A stretch of DNA of 51,252 nt from Octopus bimaculoides (Eukaryota): positions 11,792,570 through 11,843,821 of the forward strand of contig NC_068993.1 of assembly GCF_001194135.2 (NCBI RefSeq), written 5' to 3'. Below the pieces are notes generated by a model. It was not told the DNA's origin and did not search any database. It saw only the letters and a list, made by a program, of their open reading frames with translations. Every line of letters begins with the position of its first letter. Position 1 is the first letter of the stretch. Shown piece by piece: positions 1 through 12,377 of the stretch. The translations under genes were made by a program, and so were the position numbers.

Positions 1-160
1 ATGTATATATACATACCTGAATATATAGATATATATATGTATATACCTACATACATACATATAAATATATACATAGATATGTATATATACATACCTGAAT
101 ATATAGATATATATATGTATGTATACGTATATGTATATGTATGTATGCGTATATATATGT
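1..160. repeat. Degenerate (TA)/(TATG) microsatellite with a duplicated ~42-bp unit (period 78)
   Basis: atgtatatatacatacctgaatatatagatatatata...tgtat occurs at about 1-42 and 79-120. Confidence 0.8.
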
Positions 161-424
161 TTTTATTCATTTGTTAACACAAGTCCATGACACATTTGAC
201 ATTCGATTTCAAATATCTTAATCCCAGATATTGTCCTTTTACGTTCTACACTGAGAATCTCGCTCACTCTCCTCCCCTCCTTCTCTACTTGTATACATGA
301 ACCTACATTCTCCATACATTTACGCATTTTCTCATATTATATTCTTCGTTCAACTCTTATTTTTCCTTTTATTTTTGCTCCCTCGTGTCATCTCTTCACT
401 TCGATACCTTTCGTCATCCTTTCC

Positions 425-425
<1 letters not shown>

Positions 426-459
<34 letters not shown>
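426..459. repeat. (TC)n microsatellite
   Basis: Direct read of the sequence. Confidence 0.95.
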
Positions 460-461
<2 letters not shown>

Positions 462-1559
462 AAATCGACTGTTATTTACGAAATTTGCCATACAAATACA
501 CAGATATTTTGGCAACTTTATTCTTCAACCGGAAACTAAATTCCATAGAACTGCACGAAAATGAACCTTACATATCAGAAGTAGCAAAAGAAAGAACAAA
601 AAAAAAACTCAACAAACAAAGACTAACTTTATCACAATACCATTAGTATCCCCGATAAAATGTATATTGTGAATTATTTAGATGAGTAGGCAAACATTTC
701 GGATTTTCGTGAGAGAAGGACAGACCTTTTTTTTTCCAGGTACTCTTACTCCCCATCGTAATCTATAAAATATATTGAAATATGCTTTTAACTTAGTTAT
801 TTCTTATTTTTATTGTACGTGTCCCCATTTTTTGGTCGCTGTAGAAAATTCGATGTTTCTCTGTGAAGAAGGAACAGCTGTGATCAAAATCTTGCAAAGT
901 AATATGCATTTTCACAACAATAGTTACCAATACGAAAGCGTAAAAAGAGAACTTTCCCGTTAAGTATTTCACAGGACCACTGACGAATATGTCTTCTTTA
1001 ATACTTATTTTCATTTTCATTTTGTTAATCTTCTTTCCTGGGACGTGAGTTGGCGTCCGCGATTTAGATGGCATATTGTGTAAAGTTTATCTCTTGCATT
1101 CAACAATTCATTTTTGGTAACATTTGAATATATATATATATATATATANNNNNNNNNNNNNNNNNNNNNNNNNNNNNNNNNNNNNNNNNNNNNNNNNNNN
1201 NNNNNNNNNNNNNNNNNNNNNNNNNNNNNNNNNNNNNNNNNNNNNNNNNNNNNNNNNNNNNNNNNNNNNNNNNNNNNNNNNNNNNNNNNNNNNNNNNNNN
1301 NNNNNNNNNNNNNNNNNNNNNNNNNNNNNNNNNNNNNNNNNNNNNNNNNNNNNNNNNNNNNNNNNNNNNNNNNNNNNNNNNNNNNNNNNNNNNNNNNNNN
1401 NNNNNNNNNNNNNNNNNNNNNNNNNNNNNNNNNNNNNNNNNNNNNNNNNNNNNNNNNNNNNNNNNNNNNNNNNNNNNNNNNNNNNNNNNNNNNNNNNNNN
1501 NNNNNNNNNNNNNNNNNNNNNNTATATATATGTATGTATGTATGTATGTATGCTTCTAG

Positions 1560-1580
1560 GCGTCCATTTATATGTTTTCG
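1560..1580 (+). CDS. Candidate 21-nt micro-exon (xRPFICFR, phase 2-2)
   Basis: ttctag|G acceptor and TTCG|gtaaga donor; splices in frame to the 2059 exon. The polypyrimidine tract is weak (microsatellite upstream). Confidence 0.25.
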
Positions 1581-1876
1581 GTAAGAAATAATTGGATAAA
1601 GAGCGGGAAAGACACAAAGAAAGAATAGAAATATGAAAGTAGACGAAATGGAAATAAATAAATAACGTGAGAGAAAGTAGGGAGGTGTGAGAGAGACAGA
1701 GAGAGAAGAAGAGAGGAATAGGTAGAGGCGGGGAGAGGAAGGAGGGAGATGGAGACTTGAAGGGAAAGGGAGAGAGAAGTGGCATGAAATAATCTCAGAA
1801 AAAATAACATCGCATGTGACAGGAACTTATAGAAATGCACATACATATTCATACATACATGTATATACAGTCATAT

Positions 1877-1877
1877 A

Positions 1878-1940
<63 letters not shown>
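1877..1940. repeat. (TATC)n microsatellite
   Basis: Direct read. Confidence 0.95.
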
Positions 1941-2058
1941 GTAGCTGTGTATTTGTTTGTATCAATATGCGTGGCATATGCATATAGAAATACATACATT
2001 CATGTATGTAGAGTGCGTACGTTATTTTTGCTTTTATTTAATTTTTATTTTCTTGCAG

Positions 2059-2124
2059 GATATTGAAAGACGAATGTTTGGAAATGCGAAAATGTATTGA
2101 AGAAAAAAACATTATATGCGAAAC
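2059..2124 (+). CDS. Candidate coding exon (ILKDECLEMRKCIEEKNIICET), Cys-rich extracellular-type protein
   Basis: Long T-rich tract plus ttgcag|G acceptor; AAAC|gtaaga donor; 66 nt, open in only one frame; C-x5-C-x7-C-E spacing. Confidence 0.42.
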
Positions 2125-2160
2125 GTAAGAATATAGAATGAAATACGAGTTTGAGAGAGA

Positions 2161-2165
<5 letters not shown>

Positions 2166-2220
<55 letters not shown>
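2166..2220. repeat. (GA)n microsatellite
   Basis: Direct read. Confidence 0.95.
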
Positions 2221-2223
<3 letters not shown>

Positions 2224-2824
2224 GGGAGAGAGAGACATCGTGAGATAAATAAAGAAGGGGAACGTTTTGCGTGAGTGAGTGAACGAATGTATTTCGATTA
2301 AAGACATTTCGGTATGGATTTGCTGAAAGATGAAAGAGAAATTTAGAGGGAGAAATTTAATAAAAATATATAGTTATTTTGAGAAAGGAAAGATAATCAA
2401 TTTAGGCTACTATATAATGAAATTGTGTAGAGAGGGTTTCAAATATTTATGAAGTATACACATTTAAAGCACCAGGTAGCAACAGACAAGATTAGTGAAG
2501 GTTTGTATTGAGATATGCGCGAAACGGAGAAATGAAATGCAAGAACACATTAGCAGGTGACTTAATATAAAATGCATTGAGGTTTGCGGTTATTTTGAAA
2601 TGTTTTATCATCAGATATAAACAGGAGTGATATGATAGATTCTGTAACTTTGGGATTCCATGCCACGTTTATTAACCTATTTCCGCTTTTGAGTTGTTGG
2701 AAAGAACTAACAAGACGTAATGTTTGATTTTAGAAAACTGATGGCATCATGAAATTTTTTACCGCACAATTTGTATGTTGTAGGCTAACGGTAAATTAAA
2801 GAAAAGAGATTAATCTTGCAGTAC

Positions 2825-2900
2825 GAACACTGACCTCACGATCATAAATTTGTGGATTCCATTCCTAAAGATGGGAGCATGTTGAATTCTTGAGAAAAGT
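2825..2900 (+). mobile_element. Highly decayed family C SINE head
   Basis: cctcacgatcataaatttgtggattccattcct...gttgaattcttgagaaaagtac aligns by eye with the reverse complement of 41745-41868. Confidence 0.35.
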
Positions 2901-3292
2901 ACGTCCCTCCACATTTTTCCTGTCAAGCTAGCTGAGAACATGTGCCATCATAATTAATGGTGCTGCCTTTTCGTTCCATTTGACGCGTCTTGAGGGTTCT
3001 GCTGAGCCAAGGTGATAAGAGAGTCGATAATATATATTAATTTCTACTAAACTACCTAACAGCCTACAGTGAAAGCATGGTGTATTTTACCACATCATAC
3101 TTCCTCTCGAGTGATGCCCATAATTAGAGTCAATATATATAATTTAATCAAGATCAAAACCCTTCACTACGAAATTTAGGTCGTGTTTGATAGAAACAAT
3201 TAAAGCACAAACTGCAGTTACAAAGGCGTTTCAATCAATCTAAAACTTTAGAAATGAATTCTCCCAATGTGCTAGGATAAAATTAAAAATTG

Positions 3293-3464
3293 CTTTCAAA
3301 TTTTGGCACATGGCCAGAAATTTCGGGTACTTATTTTATCGACATCAAAAAGATCAAATGCTAAGTCGACCTCAGCAGAAGTAGAACACTTGAACGTATA
3401 GACACACGGAATAACTCTATGCATTTTGCCTGGCGTGCTAACGATTCTGCAATCTCGCCGCCTT
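3293..3464 (-). mobile_element. Family B tRNA-derived SINE, internally deleted
   Basis: Reverse complement begins aaggcggcgag..gcagaatcgttagcacgcc, includes gtcgac and gtcgataaaataagtacc, and ends with the gtgccaaaatttgaaa tail. Confidence 0.8.
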
Positions 3465-3787
3465 AGACAAAATTAAATATCAAAATGCGTTTTGCCAACT
3501 GTTCGTGAAATTTTGCTAACTCCGACCATTTCTCTGTACTGTGACGTTTGTGAGTGTACCAGGAGGAGATGCTGCTTATATATGGTGGGACTTGTAAACT
3601 CCTTACCTCCTTCTGCATCACTCCATGTCAATGTGTAGCGAGTCTTACTGTGTAACTACTTTTATTCAGTCATTCAACATATTAGTGTGATAGGGATGGT
3701 TCCTGTCAATAGATAATGAGATGCATTCGGTGCATGAAACTAATGGTTTTCAACGGGTCTGGTTAATCTTCTTTTTTCATTTTGAAG

Positions 3788-3816
3788 TACATCTAATTAT
3801 TTAGAAGATTTACACG
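3788..3816 (+). CDS. Candidate 29-nt exon (TSNYLEDLH, phase 2-1)
   Basis: ttcttttttcattttgaag| acceptor (AAG, uncommon) and CACG|gtatgt donor; bridges the phases of the 2059 and 4101 exons with no stop. Confidence 0.3.
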
Positions 3817-4100
3817 GTATGTAAACTTCGGTCATGAATATGTGAATTCAGCCACCGCCTCAGTTAACCATCGAATAGAGATGTAACGTAAAGTAATTGC
3901 ATAGTGATATCATATATATGGTAACATAAAGAATTGCATCTGTTCAGCTGTAAAGTTGTATTCAACTAGTGAGTCTTAAACTCTTTCTCTAGAACCACGA
4001 AAACGTATGAACACAGCAGAGTAATCTAAGACATCTCTCAACAATAGTACATTACAAATAAGAACATTCTACAATTGTAAGTTCATTTCTTCTTTCACAG

Positions 4101-4266
4101 GGTACGAACTACAAAACAGGGGTATGGACTACAAAATTACCAATTGGCAGTACATGCTCAAACTATGCAGCCTTAAAGGCAAGGCTGTATGGCATTTATA
4201 TTCGGTGACGGCTGAGAAAATGGAGACAGCATATTCAAATACAACATTTCTGGAAGCTTATAGCGG
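4101..4266 (+). CDS. Candidate coding exon (YELQNRGMDYKITNWQYMLKLCSLKGKAVWHLYSVTAEKMETAYSNTTFLEAYS)
   Basis: catttcttctttcacag| acceptor; GCGG|gtaaag donor; 55 codons open in one frame only; W-x6-C-x3-G motif as in C-type lectin helix 1. Confidence 0.42.
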
Positions 4267-4429
4267 GTAAAGATAAACTATTCCCTGCATTTGTTTTATG
4301 AAATCATTCATGAATGTTTAAGGTTTATTTCTTCTTACTGCATTTCAGTTTTTCCATGGCGTCAAAGACAAGGAGCGCAAATCTATCCTTAGATATGAGT
4401 CTGTTTTAAAGAAGAGAGTGATCCATACT

Positions 4430-4433
<4 letters not shown>

Positions 4434-4497
<64 letters not shown>
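4434..4497. repeat. (GA)n microsatellite
   Basis: Direct read. Confidence 0.95.
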
Positions 4498-4498
<1 letters not shown>

Positions 4499-5567
4499 GG
4501 AAACTTAAAGCTGATAATATGCTTATATCTTTATATCTTGCGCGTTTTTTAAAATAAATTTGTAGACGTATTTAACGGAATTGAACACAGGAACCATGCA
4601 GTGAGTATTGAATATTATATCAGTTTGCATTCACCTGAAGCTCAAAAATTATTATCAAAACTTTAAGCATGTACACATCATATAACCATTATTAGCACAG
4701 ATTGTATGTAAGGAGATGCTATTACAAAACGGTAATAGCTATAGAAATAAATGTAAATGGATACACAAAGTAGTTTGACCGTAAGACAAAACGAAATAAG
4801 TGGAAAGATAACAAACAAACAATTTTGGAATACCGTAGTGAATACGAAACAAATTGTAATATAGCGTAATTCGTTTTGTATATTATTATTTAATATCCAT
4901 GAAAAATTATTTATAATACTTAAAGTGTGTTTTATGATCTATCATTTTTACTTACACGGAGAGGGTTAAAATGATTAGAGAAAACGTGTATCAATTGCAA
5001 TGGAAATATATTATATAAATTACGAACATTTCACATACACGCCCATCTATATCTTTATATATATATATATATATATTTAGGTATATTTGTACACAGACAC
5101 ACACATAGGTATACATGTAGATACAGACCTATGCAAACCTATACATTCATATGTAATATGTATTTATGAAGCCGTAAGGAAAAGAAGATTACAAAAGAAA
5201 GGAATATAAGAAATATATTTTGTAATGTTATTTTGCAATTTATAACGCAAAAAGATCCCGAAATTAAAACACTTAAAAGGAATCGTTTTATTGGTCATAT
5301 TATTCTGCAAAACAGAATAAGAATTAAGTGTTTCTGTGGAGATCAGAGTGGGCCTTCACTAAAATTTCAAATTATGATATTATTAACTCAATTAGGGATT
5401 TCGTATATTTGTAAACAGGCAACATATGCTATCAAGAAAAAAATCATACAAACAAATCTGTATATACCTATACGTATATGTACATATACTTAAAATGTAT
5501 ATAAGGATTTGTAACTGTGTGTCAGTGCGGGAGGTTGTTTACATTACTGCATATATACGCACATGCT

Positions 5568-5611
<44 letters not shown>

Positions 5612-6177
5612 TTCTATTTTTCCATCTGTTATTTAACGTTGTAAATGTATGTAATATACAAACACACACATACACACACGATACGTATATCTACACACAC
5701 ACACAATATCTATATATGTTTAAATACATATATGTGTGTGTATGGGTGTGTTCATGTGTTTGTATGTGTGTGTTCATGTGTGTGTATGCGTGTGTGTGCG
5801 TGTATGTGTGCTTTTGCTTGTGTTATACTTACATCATTGGATAGTAGATGAAAAAAGAAAAAGAACAAATGAGACACTTTATCCCTCGAAATGTTTTCAA
5901 CAATAATAGTAATTTCATTAGAATGAGTTTGCGTCAAATTACAGTTAAAACTGCTCTTCGATGTTACAGAATATACGTTAGACGTATTCTTATAATGGTA
6001 TTGGGGTACATGATCCCACTTGATATTGCATGCTCACATATTCACACGAAACGCATACATATTCATATATATCAAGTTTATTTCTTGTACAATTTTAATT
6101 GAGATTGTCAATGAATAATATTTCATTTATAAGTTCAGATGGACATATAATATGTAAGCCTTTAAAGTTGTATTCTG

Positions 6178-6267
6178 TTATTTGTTTCAGTTATTTGACC
6201 AGGACCATGCTGGAGCACAGCCATCAACTGTTTTAGTGGAGCAAATAGACCCCAGGACGTACTTTTT
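6178..6267 (-). mobile_element. Family A SINE 3' tail fragment
   Basis: Reverse complement: gtcctggggtctatttgctccactaaa...ggctgtgctccagcatgg...gtcaaataactgaaacaa. Confidence 0.85.
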
Positions 6268-6269
6268 CA

Positions 6270-6490
6270 TATATGTATGTGTCTGTGTTTGTCCCTCCAA
6301 CATCGCTTGACAACCGATGGTGGTGTGTTTACGTCCGCGTAACATAGCGGTTCGGCAAAAAGACCGATAGAATAAGTACTAGGCTTCGAAAGAATACGTC
6401 CTGGGGTCGATATGCTTGACTAAAAGGCGGTGCTCTAGAATGGCCGCAGTCAAATAACTGAAACAAGTAATAGAAAGTAAAAGAGAATAA
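6270..6490 (+). mobile_element. Family A SINE 3' half
   Basis: gtgtctgtgtttgtcc...cgcttgacaaccgatg...cgatagaataagtactaggc...ggcggtgctc..atggccgcagtcaaataactgaaacaagtaa. Confidence 0.9.
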
Positions 6491-6790
6491 CGATCATTTT
6501 AAACATTTTCCGAGGGTTACTGGTTTGGTGGCCGGCGATTTCGTCTTTTAAATATTTTTCAAGATTTTACACGTAGTTATGTTATACATGGCAGCGAAGA
6601 GAAGCTAATACGCTTTCAGTGTTGTTTAAGCGCAGATTTAAGACTGTTGTGATTAAATACAATTAAACTATTTGATTCATTCCCTGTCGTTTTCTTATCA
6701 CGATTAACCCACAATATGGAGTACATACATTAATACCGAACAGTATATTTTAGGTGACAGAAACTATAGAATTTTGTCATTACCACACAG

Positions 6791-7170
6791 TGTGGCTGTG
6801 TCGTAAGAAACTTGCTTCCAAACCGCATGGTTCCGGGTTCAGTCGTTTACGGTTCAACTTGGGAAAGTGCCTTCTACTATAGAATCGGGCCAAGCAAACC
6901 CTGTGCATGGATTTGGCATACGGAAACTGTATATATAAATATATGTATATCTAAGGGTGTATGCCTTTGTGTTTGTCTCCGCCACCGATTGACAACTGGT
7001 GTTGGTGCGTTTACGTCCCGCAACTTAGTGTTTTGGCATATGTCACCATTAAAATAAGTAGCAGGCTTTAAAACAAAAGAAGAGGTGGAGTTGATTTCCG
7101 CTTCTAAAATCTTCCAAGGCGGAGCTCCAGCATGGTGGAAATCAAATGACTGAAACAAGTAAAAGATAAT
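6791..7170 (+). mobile_element. Family A SINE, full-length, diverged (tRNA-like head, CORE-like segment, internal TA/TG tract, 3' half)
   Basis: Head tggctgtgtcgtaag...ggttccgggttcagtc (A/B-box-like); cttgggaaagtgccttctactatag (CORE-like); tail gctccagcatgg..caaatgactgaaacaagtaaaag. Confidence 0.85.
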
Positions 7171-7642
7171 ATATAAAAGATAGTCGTTGTTGTTTGAGAA
7201 AAAGTAAAAATCATTGGTGGTTACACTTTCCAGATCCCAGAAACTTGTGGGAACCGTTTATCATTCGATCGCATTACAAGCACCCAATACCGAGACGGCT
7301 ATATTAAACTGGGCGATGGACTAACTCTCGAACACAGCTTGATATTTATATACATCCACATATTTTTAATCGAATCCGAAATGAGGTAATGTAAAGCAAT
7401 CCACGTCCAACTGCGTACTGGATTCAATTTTCAAGCATCCTATCAATGTTGCCATCCAACGACAAATTCATAATTATCAATATTTATAACTAACAGCTGT
7501 AACTGAACGTTCTTGGATATATTTATACCTAAAATGAATATAATCATAAGATTTCACTATATTTTAACAGGTTAATTTAAAAAGATAATAACTGTGTTAA
7601 GTTAGTCTGAGATTGATGGTTTTCTCGGAATTCTTGTAGCCT

Positions 7643-7694
7643 GTCTAAATAAAGATATAGGCAGTCTAAATAAAGATATAAGCAGTCTAAATAA
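7643..7694. repeat. 21-bp tandem repeat, 2.5 copies
   Basis: gtctaaataaagatataggca / gtctaaataaagatataagca / gtctaaataa. Confidence 0.9.
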
Positions 7695-7874
7695 TTTTTC
7701 TCTTTGGATCTAAAAGTAACAAGTGTGACCAAATGCGACCACATTGTGCTCTTTTCTTTGATGAAAGACGCACGCCTTTTTAAAAATTCAGCTGCGTTGG
7801 TGCAAAACAATGGCGTACAATTCCGAAGGAAGATATATGCTTTCATTATACGCTTTCATTAATCAAGTTTATTA

Positions 7875-8002
7875 TTGGTTTCGAATTTTGACACAAAGTC
7901 CGTAATTTCGGTGGCTAATCAATTACATCGATCTTAATGTTTGACTGGTATTTATTTTATCGACCCGAAAGAATGAAAAGCAAAATCGTCATTGGTGGCA
8001 TT
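7875..8002 (-). mobile_element. Family B SINE 3' part
   Basis: actggtatttattttatcgacccgaaagaatgaaaagcaaaatcg matches the reverse complement of the B body; ggtttcgaattttgacacaaag tail. Confidence 0.7.
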
Positions 8003-9357
8003 AAGATTATCATTGAAAATATATAAAGCATACGAGCATTATAACAAAACTGAAGCACATGTCTGTAGGTAAGGGGTTAACATACTAGTAGGCATCTGCT
8101 GAGTATCTTTTTTGTTTTCATTCATTTATCCTTCTTGAAAATGGAATTTTCTTGAAGTGATGTGAATTCATCGCCAAAGTGAACATAAACAAATACTGCA
8201 GAAGTATTTGATTTGTAAATAAATACTGGAAAAGTATTCAGTTGCATTCTCTAGCATTCTTGACACTGGTGTTCTTGGTTTTCTTAAATACTCAGAAAGT
8301 TCTTTGTTTATACAATGCAAATGTCAATAATATTTTTGTGATTTTCTCATGGAAACGTTCTGGCGAAATTGAAAAATCATATTATCATTACCAATAACTT
8401 GTTTCCCTTTTAATGTATCTGGAAAGAAGAAACGAGAACAGTTGATCCCATATTAAATTATAGATTATAGAAAAAATACCGTATGACTACTATGAAATGG
8501 AAAGGAGACGTCTAAACTCCGAATTGAAACTATGTTTGAAAATCAGCTTATTGAGAGCCTAGAGTCATTTAACGACATTAGCGTCTTGCTGAGAATACAT
8601 ATGTGTAAATATAAACCACGTTTCGCATTTGTATTATCCATTGTTGTATTGTAAATAGGGTTGGGTTTCTGCATTAGAATTTCAATCAGCCCTTCATTAA
8701 AGTGTATTGATTTATTGAGACTTGAACATAATGATATTGCGAATTAGTAAAAGTGAGAGCGGAGTTTTCCTACAGTAGTTCCTATCTGCGAACTACTCAT
8801 GTCAAACCAAGACATCGCCTAGAACATCGTATCGACTTTTGATTCAGATCACTGTCGATAAAGAACTTTGTAAGAGTGATTGCATGACGAGAATACTAAA
8901 TACAGGCTTCTTAGAAGTCCGGCAAAAACTAATCGATATTTTTGCTTTTCCCTCCTTACATATGTGTTCTCAATACAAACAAGCGTCAATTGAAAAGAAC
9001 GTAAGATAACCGGATGTCACGATAAGCTAAAAGACCGTTAGTAAACGAAGCTCAGAAAATCTAATATTATAAGACTTTCAATAATATTTTTCGAATTAAC
9101 ATCACTATTTCTATTAGGCTTCACAGTTATATTTAAACACACATGCCATCTGGCGTGTATGGTTTCCTCATATGGTGAGGTTGCATAATAATTAAATAGA
9201 GGAGGGATGGGATAATCAGTGGAACAACAGAGAAACTGAAAGAGAATCAGAGCGAGAGAGAAAGAAGAGTACAGAGATTAGGTCGCAGGAATATAGGACT
9301 TGTATTATGTATTTTCACACTTCTTTAGTTTCAGTTCTAATCATGCACACATATATA

Positions 9358-9360
<3 letters not shown>

Positions 9361-9394
<34 letters not shown>

Positions 9395-9451
9395 TGTGTG
9401 TATGAGCATATATGTATATGTGTATACATTCACACACACTCACACACATAC

Positions 9452-9511
<60 letters not shown>
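9361..9511. repeat. Compound (TG)n-(CA)-(TA)n microsatellite
   Basis: Direct read. Confidence 0.95.
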
Positions 9512-9516
<5 letters not shown>

Positions 9517-12298
9517 CATACATGTTCATATACACAATTATATGTTCTTTCGAATGACGTAGAGTGATTCACTGCTGCCAAAGTAAGACCATCAGAGAAG
9601 ATATCTCATGCTATGGAGTTCAGAAGCATCGTTGGACAAATATTCATTCACGCACCTGCACAGACATACACACGTACACACATACGCACGCATAGACATT
9701 CATACACACATGCGTATATACACACATACATATATGTGTGTTAATATATGTATAGGCAATTGTATATAATCGTCAATACTTCGTTATTACAAAATAATAA
9801 TGGAATCCAAAGATACTGCTTCAGCTCCTATATAGAGGTTAACAGAGCTATGCGGATGTGACATTACAATAGACTTGCTGACAATCACCAAATGCTAAGA
9901 CTTCTTATATTATCACCAACTTATTGTTATTTTATTATGTATCCACCTTTTTCGCTATGCATGGCTTTTTCATTACAGATGTCCCATAATGTATATGAGA
10001 CGGAGTTTTAATATCTAATCTAAATGTTATTTTCACATGTTTTTTTGCCACTACAATGTGAAATCATGCAAATATCTTACCGTAATTTCCTTACATTCTT
10101 ATACGGCGAAAGTTTGTAATTTGTGTCACCACCATAACGTCATGTCTCTTTAATTTAATGTCAACGTCTTTGCTTCGCTATGCAGTATATTTGATATTAA
10201 TAATGCAATTTGGTCTGATATTTCTGTAAAGTTATAAGTTCCGTCAACAGCATCCATCAGCTTGTGCTTGTGATTCTTAAACCCTAGCAAATCGTAATGC
10301 AGCAACTATTAAAAACAAAAGATGGAAATCAATTGTGCTACACAAGTTAGAGCCCTTGGGGTTACGTCTTTTATAGTTTATAGGATCTAAAGTGTGTTGA
10401 ATCCTTAAACGAAATTTATAGTTTGTAGCACCTGAAGAGTGTTAAATCCTTAAACGAAACACTTAATTATATTCTATGCATTAATTACTCAATCTGGCAT
10501 GAATACCATTTGAAAATAGTTATAAGTTATATATATATATATATATATATATNNNNNNNNNNNNNNNNNNNNNNNNNNNNNNNNNNNNNNNNNNNNNNNN
10601 NNNNNNNNNNNNNNNNNNNNNNNNNNNNNNNNNNNNNNNNNNNNNNNNNNNNNNNNNNNNNNNNNNNNNNNNNNNNNNNNNNNNNNNNNNNNNNNNNNNN
10701 NNNNNNNNNNNNNNNNNNNNNNNNNNNNNNNNNNNNNNNNNNNNNNNNNNNNNNNNNNNNNNNNNNNNNNNNNNNNNNNNNNNNNNNNNNNNNNNNNNNN
10801 NNNNNNNNNNNNNNNNNNNNNNNNNNNNNNNNNNNNNNNNNNNNNNNNNNNNNNNNNNNNNNNNNNNNNNNNNNNNNNNNNNNNNNNNNNNNNNNNNNNN
10901 NNNNNNNNNNNNNATATATAGGTCTACTTGAAAACATTCCACCACTAACCATGAATATCAAAAGAATTTTGAATAAGAATACTCATAAAGTAAGTTACTG
11001 TTCCCAAACTAACATATATATAAAAAGAAAATCATGTGCCAGTTCTATCAGAAAAGCTAAGGATTAAATGCAAGATGTGCAACGCATTCTTACACAATCA
11101 GGCATGCAACGTTCAAATGGTTGTAGTTGGAAGAAATAACACATTTACCGCTATTGTTTGTATTAAAGCTTCGTTCATTGTAGTGTTTGACCAGGTTGTG
11201 CCCCTTTCAGCTTTATAAGGTACCAACAACTTATAATGTTTTAGTGATAGTCGAGAACATAGTAGTCGAATAGAACTCTGATCTTATGTTAATCTTGTGC
11301 CTCATCATCATCACTCACCATGTATATTATATTTTCGTGGCCTAACATTTTTAACTTTCCATGTTTATAATTAAATAAAGATGTTTGAAAACAATAGGTC
11401 CTAACCTGCCTTGATGATAGAATATCGAAAATGTTTTATAAGAGACTGATATTAATGTTTTAAAGAATGTAAATTATTACATGCAATACTTAATACTTCA
11501 TTCGTTTATTTAATAAATTGTTACTGTACTCAAATAGAAATACGCCTTACAATGGAATAACCAGTGTAGTGTATGTCTCAGATAGTCGACATGAGAGGAA
11601 AAACCTGAATAGCTATATTTTATAACAAAATATACAATCCAATTCTCTATTGGCTATGGAATATCAAATGCTACTTTTGTTTATTTTTTGTCGCACAAAA
11701 TCTCTGCATTAATGAATGAGAAAATTATCTCTCATCTGTTTAACGAACGAATATGTGCAGTTATGTGCCGGTCCTTTGACCGGGATATGGTTAAAGGTTT
11801 AAATTAACTAACTGGCGAGGTTAACTCAGACATTGAACTAATTATATAAACAGTAAATGAATTTCACTAAATTATAAAGTCAAAAAAGTTACATTAGATT
11901 TTATTTAATTAGCTGAACACTCACTTTGAGATAATGTATTTAGAGTAATTTGCACCTCACGTATAATTCAATTAATCTAAAATGGGCATACACAGGCGTA
12001 TTAGACTAATTAATACACGTGATAGCGTTAGTATTGCTATCATTGCTGTTAGTGCTGTTGCATTGTATGCGTTCTAGAGAGAGATTGAAGACCATATGTT
12101 CAATCCAATCTGATTTTATTACATGAACGGCAAAAAAATATTAAACTTCATTTCAACGAAACAATTTTTAGTGATGAGATATGTGTATTAACGATAGCTT
12201 TTTTGAACTGCATGAACTTAGTGGATACAGAAGAACCGTATATACCAGTTTCGATACAGAGTAATGCTATACGCTGAAGCTGATGATTCCATTACAAT

Positions 12299-12377
12299 AT
12301 GTGGGTGATATCAATATTCAATGACATTCTATTCCTACCATTTCTGTCTGCCACCTGTCTGAAACAAAGTATTACAG
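12299..12377 (+). CDS. Possible signal-peptide-like first coding exon (MWVISIFNDILFLPFLSATCLKQSIT)
   Basis: ATG after an in-frame stop, hydrophobic stretch, consensus CAG|gtaagt donor in phase 1; no homology recognised. Confidence 0.2.

Noticed and set aside
3607-3655. Minus-strand segment KTRYTLTWSDAEG with a gtaagg donor
   Set aside because: In-frame TAG just upstream and no polypyrimidine acceptor; probably chance.
5233-5493. ORF with KCFCGD (WSC-like) and SYICK
   Set aside because: Isolated short motifs, no convincing donor, no full domain pattern.
5563-5851. ORFs rich in YIYI, CVCV, HTHT or SLSL here and throughout
   Set aside because: Translations of (TA)n, (TG)n, (CA)n and (TC)n tracts.
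7234-7385. Open frame between ttccag| and GAG|gtaatg
   Set aside because: The 3' half is AT-rich low complexity (LIFIYIHIFLI); no family similarity; phase link to the other candidates not established.
10394-10459. Repeat-spacer-repeat as a CRISPR array
   Set aside because: Only two repeats, eukaryotic context and no cas genes.
11036-11218. ORF with RIKCKMCNAFLH resembling a piggyBac C-terminal Cys-rich domain
   Set aside because: Only one CxxC; no TTAA-flanked TIR or catalytic region nearby.
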